A stretch of DNA of 26,829 nt from a virus (taxonomy: Duplodnaviria > Caudoviricetes): positions 1 through 26,829 of the IMG/VR virus record IMGVR_UViG_3300010376_000114. One strand, 5' to 3'. Every line of letters starts with the position of its first letter. Within the stretch, counting starts at the first letter, position 1. The notes below the pieces were generated by a model. That model was not told the origin of the DNA. It ran no database searches and was given only the letters and a program-made list of their open reading frames with translations. Shown in pieces: positions 22,947 through 26,829 of the stretch. The position numbers and the translations under genes were made by a program.

Positions 22947-24269
22947 GTGTCCTGGCCCAATCCTCCATACCCGTTCGGCAACGCCACCTCGCCGGAGGCG
23001 ATGAACCTGCTCGACAAGATGTTCGATCAGGTCGGCGCCATGATCGAGATACCCTGCACCGCCACCGGCACCAACGCGATCTCGCTCACTCCGCAGATTA
23101 ACTGCCCGGCGCTCACCGCCATGAACAACATGGGCGGGTTCCGCTTTGTCGCTACCGCCACCTCGTCGGGAGCGGTGACGGCGCAGTACAACAATCTCGG
23201 GTTCTTCCCGGTCTATCACGCGGATGGCGCCACCCAGGCCAACATCGGCGACATCCTCACCGGGTTCGAATATGTGTTCCGGTTTTTCCAGGCGCTAACC
23301 GGCGGGCTCGGCGGCTTCCTGTTGGAGACGCCGGCCACCCCGGTGGTGACCCAGCCGTGGGGCATGCCGGGCGGGAGATTGACGCTGCAAAGCGCGATCC
23401 CGGTGATGCTCACCAACCAGCCGGCAGCGGTCACCGTCTGGTACGCGCCGTACGTTCATCAGTTCGTGCCGATTTTCAACGGCGCCAACATCCAACCTTA
23501 TCAGTTCACCTCTAGCCTTTTGGATCAGGTAGGGCTTGCGCTCAATCTCGGCAGCAACTGGGCGGCCAACACCAATTTCGACGTGTTCTCAACTCTAGTG
23601 AACGGGGTGGCGGCGCTCTGCACGATACCGTGGGCAAGCAACGTCACCCGCGCTACCGGCCTCGCAATTTTTGGCGGGTTCCTGACTAACGCTGCCCCGG
23701 CGACCGCGCGCCTCACCAACACAACGACCTTCACGCTTGGCACGGGCCTGGGAACTTTTCTTGGCACCTTCCGCACCACCGCCGTGGCCGGGCAAAGCCA
23801 GTTTATCTTTGGCGGTTCCGGCGCCGGCGGAGTTGCCGCCTTCGCCCAGATTGCTAACTACTACAATCAAGTGCTCTATCAGTTTCAGGTCAATGACAAT
23901 GCGGCGGCCTACACCTACACCAGCGCCGTTGCTCGCGCCGCTAATAATAGCACCGGCAACACCATCAACCTGCTCCAGTGCTCGGCCGAGAAAGCAATCC
24001 TGGCGTGGTATAATTTCGGTGTTACGCTCGTTGCCAATGGCGCGCAGGTGTTCCTTGGAATGTCCCTTGACGGTTCAAGTCTGGCAGAAAATTTCTTTCG
24101 CTACGTCAACCCGACCGGTGGCAGCAACTTCAACACCAACACTCCGACAATATCATTTGCGGCAAACGGGCTGCATACCCTCACCGCGAATGAGGCGAGT
24201 GACGGGGTGAATGCCAACGTGTTTAACATCAACTCCTTGAATAACCTCTCCTGCGCCGTCTGGTTGTAG
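22947..24269 (+). CDS. Tail fibre / receptor-binding protein candidate
   Basis: GTG start; N-terminal TATGTNAISLT...FRFVATATSSGAVT anchor-like segment, followed by a PGGRLTLQSAIPV domain seen in phage fibre proteins; T/N/G/A-rich. Confidence 0.7.
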   Translation: MSWPNPPYPFGNATSPEAMNLLDKMFDQVGAMIEIPCTATGTNAISLTPQINCPALTAMNNMGGFRFVATATSSGAVTAQYNNLGFFPVYHADGATQANIGDILTGFEYVFRFFQALTGGLGGFLLETPATPVVTQPWGMPGGRLTLQSAIPVMLTNQPAAVTVWYAPYVHQFVPIFNGANIQPYQFTSSLLDQVGLALNLGSNWAANTNFDVFSTLVNGVAALCTIPWASNVTRATGLAIFGGFLTNAAPATARLTNTTTFTLGTGLGTFLGTFRTTAVAGQSQFIFGGSGAGGVAAFAQIANYYNQVLYQFQVNDNAAAYTYTSAVARAANNSTGNTINLLQCSAEKAILAWYNFGVTLVANGAQVFLGMSLDGSSLAENFFRYVNPTGGSNFNTNTPTISFAANGLHTLTANEASDGVNANVFNINSLNNLSCAVWL

Positions 24270-24272
24270 CTC

Positions 24273-24710
24273 ATGGCAAAGATCAACAATCTACAACTCT
24301 ACCAGCAGACGATTGAGGCGCTGGCACCAATCGATGGAGTGGCGGCCGATGGGAGGATTTATTTCCGACCGGAGGCAACGCCTGCGCAGATCGCCGCCGC
24401 CAATGTCGCGGCCGCGACCTACACCGACGTCGCGCCGCAGATCGTGGCGATCGAGGCGCTGCTGGCGCTGATGACCGACCCGGAATACACCGCGCTCATA
24501 ACCCAGGCGCAGAGCAGGCCGGCGCTGCACCGGATCATCTTTGCGGCGCGCCGGCTCGATCTCGCGCTCCCCGCCGTGCAGACCCTGATCAACAATCTGG
24601 TGACGGCCGGCGTGTTCACGGCCCAGCGGGCGCAGGTGATCTTTGCGCCGCCGCCGGCGCATCCTGACCCGGTGGTGACGCCGGTGCCGGCGCCCACTTC
24701 AGCGCTATGA
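24273..24710 (+). CDS. Tail-fibre-associated (assembly/chaperone-like) protein
   Basis: Follows the fibre; C-terminal LDLALPAVQTLINNLVTAGVFTAQRAQVIF pattern is typical of fibre-adjacent small proteins. Confidence 0.6.
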   Translation: MAKINNLQLYQQTIEALAPIDGVAADGRIYFRPEATPAQIAAANVAAATYTDVAPQIVAIEALLALMTDPEYTALITQAQSRPALHRIIFAARRLDLALPAVQTLINNLVTAGVFTAQRAQVIFAPPPAHPDPVVTPVPAPTSAL

Positions 24711-25004
24711 GTTGAGCCCGGTCGGGCGCCACGGCATTATCGTGCCCTTGTTCTCCGCCCGCTCGGGATGGCGCCCGCAGCCGGCATCCTGCTGCACGAT
24801 CGGGAAATAGGAGTTCACCATCGGCTGCAGCTGTGTTGGCTTGCTCGGATCGACCAGAGGTCCTGGCGCGACCGGCGCCATGCCCATGAACACCGGGGTT
24901 GGCGGCCCCCAGATGCACAGCCCGGCCGGCCCCGGTACCGGCTGGTGAAAATACGCACAGGTCTTGCAGGTGCAGTTGCCGATTGCGTCCTTGGCTGGGT
25001 TCAT
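24705..25004 (-). CDS. Small Cys-rich protein (CxxC..F...G.C...PP...FP.V....CG)
   Basis: ATGA coupling to the Bet stop; CKTCAYF, GLCIWGPP, YFPIVQQDAGCGRH. Confidence 0.8.
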   Translation of the reverse strand: MNPAKDAIGNCTCKTCAYFHQPVPGPAGLCIWGPPTPVFMGMAPVAPGPLVDPSKPTQLQPMVNSYFPIVQQDAGCGRHPERAENKGTIMPWRPTGLNS

Positions 25005-26044
25005 GGGAAGTCCTCTTGGTCGGCTACGGCCTGCGCGGCGATCTCAGCGTCGGCCATCTCCATGCGCTTTTTCAGATCGCTTTCCAGCCCACGGATGATG
25101 GTGCGGCCGTTCTCATCGCTGGAAAAGCGCCGCCAGAAGGTCTGGAAGATCGCCGAGCCGCGATCGGCGGCCTCGCGCGCCTCCGCTTCAAGCGCGGCAA
25201 TCTGAGCGATTGAGCGCTTGCCGGCGGGCTTTGCTGGCGGTTTGGGCTGTGGGCGCTTGAGCGCCTCCGGGATCGGCCCCGGGTCGCCGGGCTCGTCCGG
25301 TGGCGGGCTACGCTCAGTCACGATCTCCACCGGGGGCATCGGCGGCGCGTGCTCGATCACCGGACGCATGACGTCAGGCGCAGCCACCGGCTTGTGCTCG
25401 GCCGCCTCCTCTTCCGGCATCTCCTCCTCACTCAAGAGCCCGGAGAGTTCCTGCGGGAAGGCGCGCCGCAGCGCCAATGCCTCTGCGCACTTGGCAATCA
25501 TCAGCGGCCCCATGCGCAGCCAGCTGCGGGTGAGATCGCCCTTGCTGGACTTCTGCGCATAGGTTTCCCAGTCGGCGACCGACCAGAGCGGCTCCTTGAA
25601 GTCGGAGCGCAGCACGCCAATCTTGGCGGCGATCGGGTGGTCGAACTGCTTCTCCGGCAGCCACAGGTCCTGCCAGCCGGTGTTCTTGCCATACCAGAAC
25701 GGCCCCAGCTGCCCGGCATATTTGCCGGTTCGCTCGGCGATCAACCGGAACCCATCGATCCCGGTCTGGATCGTCATCGCCCGCACGTCCTTCCACTTCC
25801 CGGTGGCCGGATCGCGCACCGACGCCCAGCGGAACACACAGTAGATTTGCTTGGCCAGAGGATCGAGCCCGGTGCGGCGGCAGTGGTATAAAAACAGCGC
25901 AAGCTCGTCGTCACTGGCGCCCGCCGCCACCTGTGACTTGATCAGCAGGACCTGATCGTTTGTGAAGTTGATAACCGACCGCCCGGGGGTCGCTGCTGGG
26001 TTTTGATGCACCACGGGCAAATCGTCGGACAATGGATAAGACAT
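25001..26044 (-). CDS. bet: Phage single-strand annealing recombinase, Bet/RecT family
   Basis: ASDDELALFLYHCRRTGLDPLAKQIY, TIQTGIDGFRLIAERTGKYAG and MIAKCAEALALRRAFPQELSGL..EEM are hallmark Bet motifs; RBS GGAGGGAGAGG before ATG 26044. Confidence 0.93.
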   Translation of the reverse strand: MSYPLSDDLPVVHQNPAATPGRSVINFTNDQVLLIKSQVAAGASDDELALFLYHCRRTGLDPLAKQIYCVFRWASVRDPATGKWKDVRAMTIQTGIDGFRLIAERTGKYAGQLGPFWYGKNTGWQDLWLPEKQFDHPIAAKIGVLRSDFKEPLWSVADWETYAQKSSKGDLTRSWLRMGPLMIAKCAEALALRRAFPQELSGLLSEEEMPEEEAAEHKPVAAPDVMRPVIEHAPPMPPVEIVTERSPPPDEPGDPGPIPEALKRPQPKPPAKPAGKRSIAQIAALEAEAREAADRGSAIFQTFWRRFSSDENGRTIIRGLESDLKKRMEMADAEIAAQAVADQEDFP

Positions 26045-26222
26045 TGTTGAGGCCTCTCCCTCCATGACAGGTTAGCGAATAGATGACGGATCGGTGAACC
26101 CCATCGAGACACACAAAGGAAGCGCATCCATGACCGCTGCCTCGCCGTGTGTGGTGGGCCTTGGGTAGGCCCATGGCGCGCAAGACCAGATCGATCTCGC
26201 GCGCCATGTTGCGGCTGCTCAC
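25911..26222 (-). CDS. HicA-like (dsRBD-fold) small protein candidate
   Basis: GTGA coupling to the upstream stop; pattern helix-G-x-RRGSGH-beta-DG-beta-S.T...RGLNN...VRR; the 3' end overlaps bet by 134 nt. Confidence 0.5.
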   Translation of the reverse strand: MSSRNMAREIDLVLRAMGLPKAHHTRRGSGHGCASFVCLDGVHRSVIYSLTCHGGRGLNNVLSIVRRFARGASKPSSDPRAVGYQLHKRSGPADQVTGGGGRQ

Positions 26223-26701
26223 AGCGGCGAATGCCCGCGCACGTTTTTCAGCACCCGCAGCGGCCGGCGCAGGCCCAGGTTTTCGTGCTTCCTGTCCCTG
26301 TGCACGCGCTTGTTGTCCGCGTAGCGGTGGGCGCGGACACCGACCCGCTGCGACTTGTAGACCCGGTGCAGCATGTACGTGCCGGCCTGGAACCCGCCGC
26401 CGCGATCGAACGAGACAAGCTCGGTCCTGAGCGGGGCGCTGGTCAGATAGCGCGTCCAGGGACCGTTCGCCTTTTTACGAACATAGACGCGGGTCATGTG
26501 GACCCGCACCTCGTGCGCGTGAACGCAACGTCGCACCGCCAGCGCCATGGCGCATGTGTCGGGTTCCTTGCGATCGGCGCGGGTGATGTCGCTATCAATC
26601 ACCGTGATATGGAGCGGGGCCTTGGCGTCGAACACCACGCCTCCCTCAAGGTCGCGCGGGCCGGCATCGGCAGTCAGTTTTGTCAGCTTGATCTTGGTCA
26701 T
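26219..26701 (-). CDS. Hypothetical phage protein with basic C-terminal tail
   Basis: RBS AAAGGA before ATG 26701; globular core (DITRADRKEPDTCAMALAVRR, WTRY, FDRGGGFQAGTYML). Confidence 0.8.
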   Translation of the reverse strand: MTKIKLTKLTADAGPRDLEGGVVFDAKAPLHITVIDSDITRADRKEPDTCAMALAVRRCVHAHEVRVHMTRVYVRKKANGPWTRYLTSAPLRTELVSFDRGGGFQAGTYMLHRVYKSQRVGVRAHRYADNKRVHRDRKHENLGLRRPLRVLKNVRGHSPL

Positions 26702-26715
26702 CGGTAGCTTTCCTT

Positions 26716-26829
26716 TCATTGATCGATCTTGACGGTGTGGGGCAGATGGTTGCGCAGGCCCTTGTTAATCGCGTGGATCAGGCCCATCGCACAGTTACGA
26801 TAGCCCTTGCCGCCGCCGTAGAGGTTGGC
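26716..26829 (-). CDS. C-terminal end of a gene truncated by the window edge (...ANLYGGGKGYRNCAMGLIHAINKGLRNHLPHTVKIDQ)
   Basis: Open frame from 26829 to TGA at 26718-26716, ending at the RBS of the next gene; GC3-rich codons. Confidence 0.65.
   Translation of the reverse strand, partial: ANLYGGGKGYRNCAMGLIHAINKGLRNHLPHTVKIDQ

Larger units (their letters stand above)
1..24710 (+). mobile_element. Late/structural gene region of a tailed bacteriophage (short-tailed, P22/T7-like gene order); may be virion DNA or a prophage
   Basis: Co-oriented endolysin, TerL, portal, scaffold, capsid, adaptor, nozzle, GNAT, ejection proteins and fibre, with many ATGA/TGATG overlaps. No tape measure, sheath or tube gene recognised. 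No integrase or att site in the window. Confidence 0.93.

Noticed and set aside
1-26829. CRISPR array, tRNA/rRNA, integrase/att site, DGR, intron or intein
   Set aside because: No regularly spaced repeats, cloverleaf, recombinase, reverse transcriptase or TR/VR pair seen by eye; TerL, portal and capsid have ordinary lengths without splicing motifs.

Overview
A high-GC tailed-phage (Caudoviricetes, podovirus-like) genome segment; the host cannot be determined from the window. The + strand (1-24710) is a tightly coupled late/structural region: a 5'-truncated T4-lysozyme-fold endolysin, small membrane and HExxH proteins, large terminase, three Zn-ribbon/HTH accessory genes, portal, small head-region genes, scaffold, major capsid, NGGSG-repeat structural protein, head-tail adaptor, tail nozzle/stabilisation protein, GNAT protein, four low-complexity ejection-type proteins, membrane proteins and a tail fibre. 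The - strand (24705-26829) carries the end of an early region with a Bet/RecT recombinase. The most striking signal is absent from the ORF track: protamine-like Arg-rich micropeptides. MARRRRHRRGRR (6794-6832) has its own promoter, strong RBS and intrinsic terminator. MMRKRKGRRGRRY (22341-22382) is translationally coupled at both ends and followed by a 49-aa protein ending KRRGRRGRR. They co-occur with very acidic ejection proteins and a GNAT enzyme, suggesting (inference) a DNA condensation/decondensation system. Also seen: a duplicated ~38-nt promoter element, probable leaderless genes, and three RBS-preceded +1-frame ORFs coinciding with abrupt third-position GC drops (candidate overprinted genes). 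All family assignments come from motif recognition by eye, not database searches.
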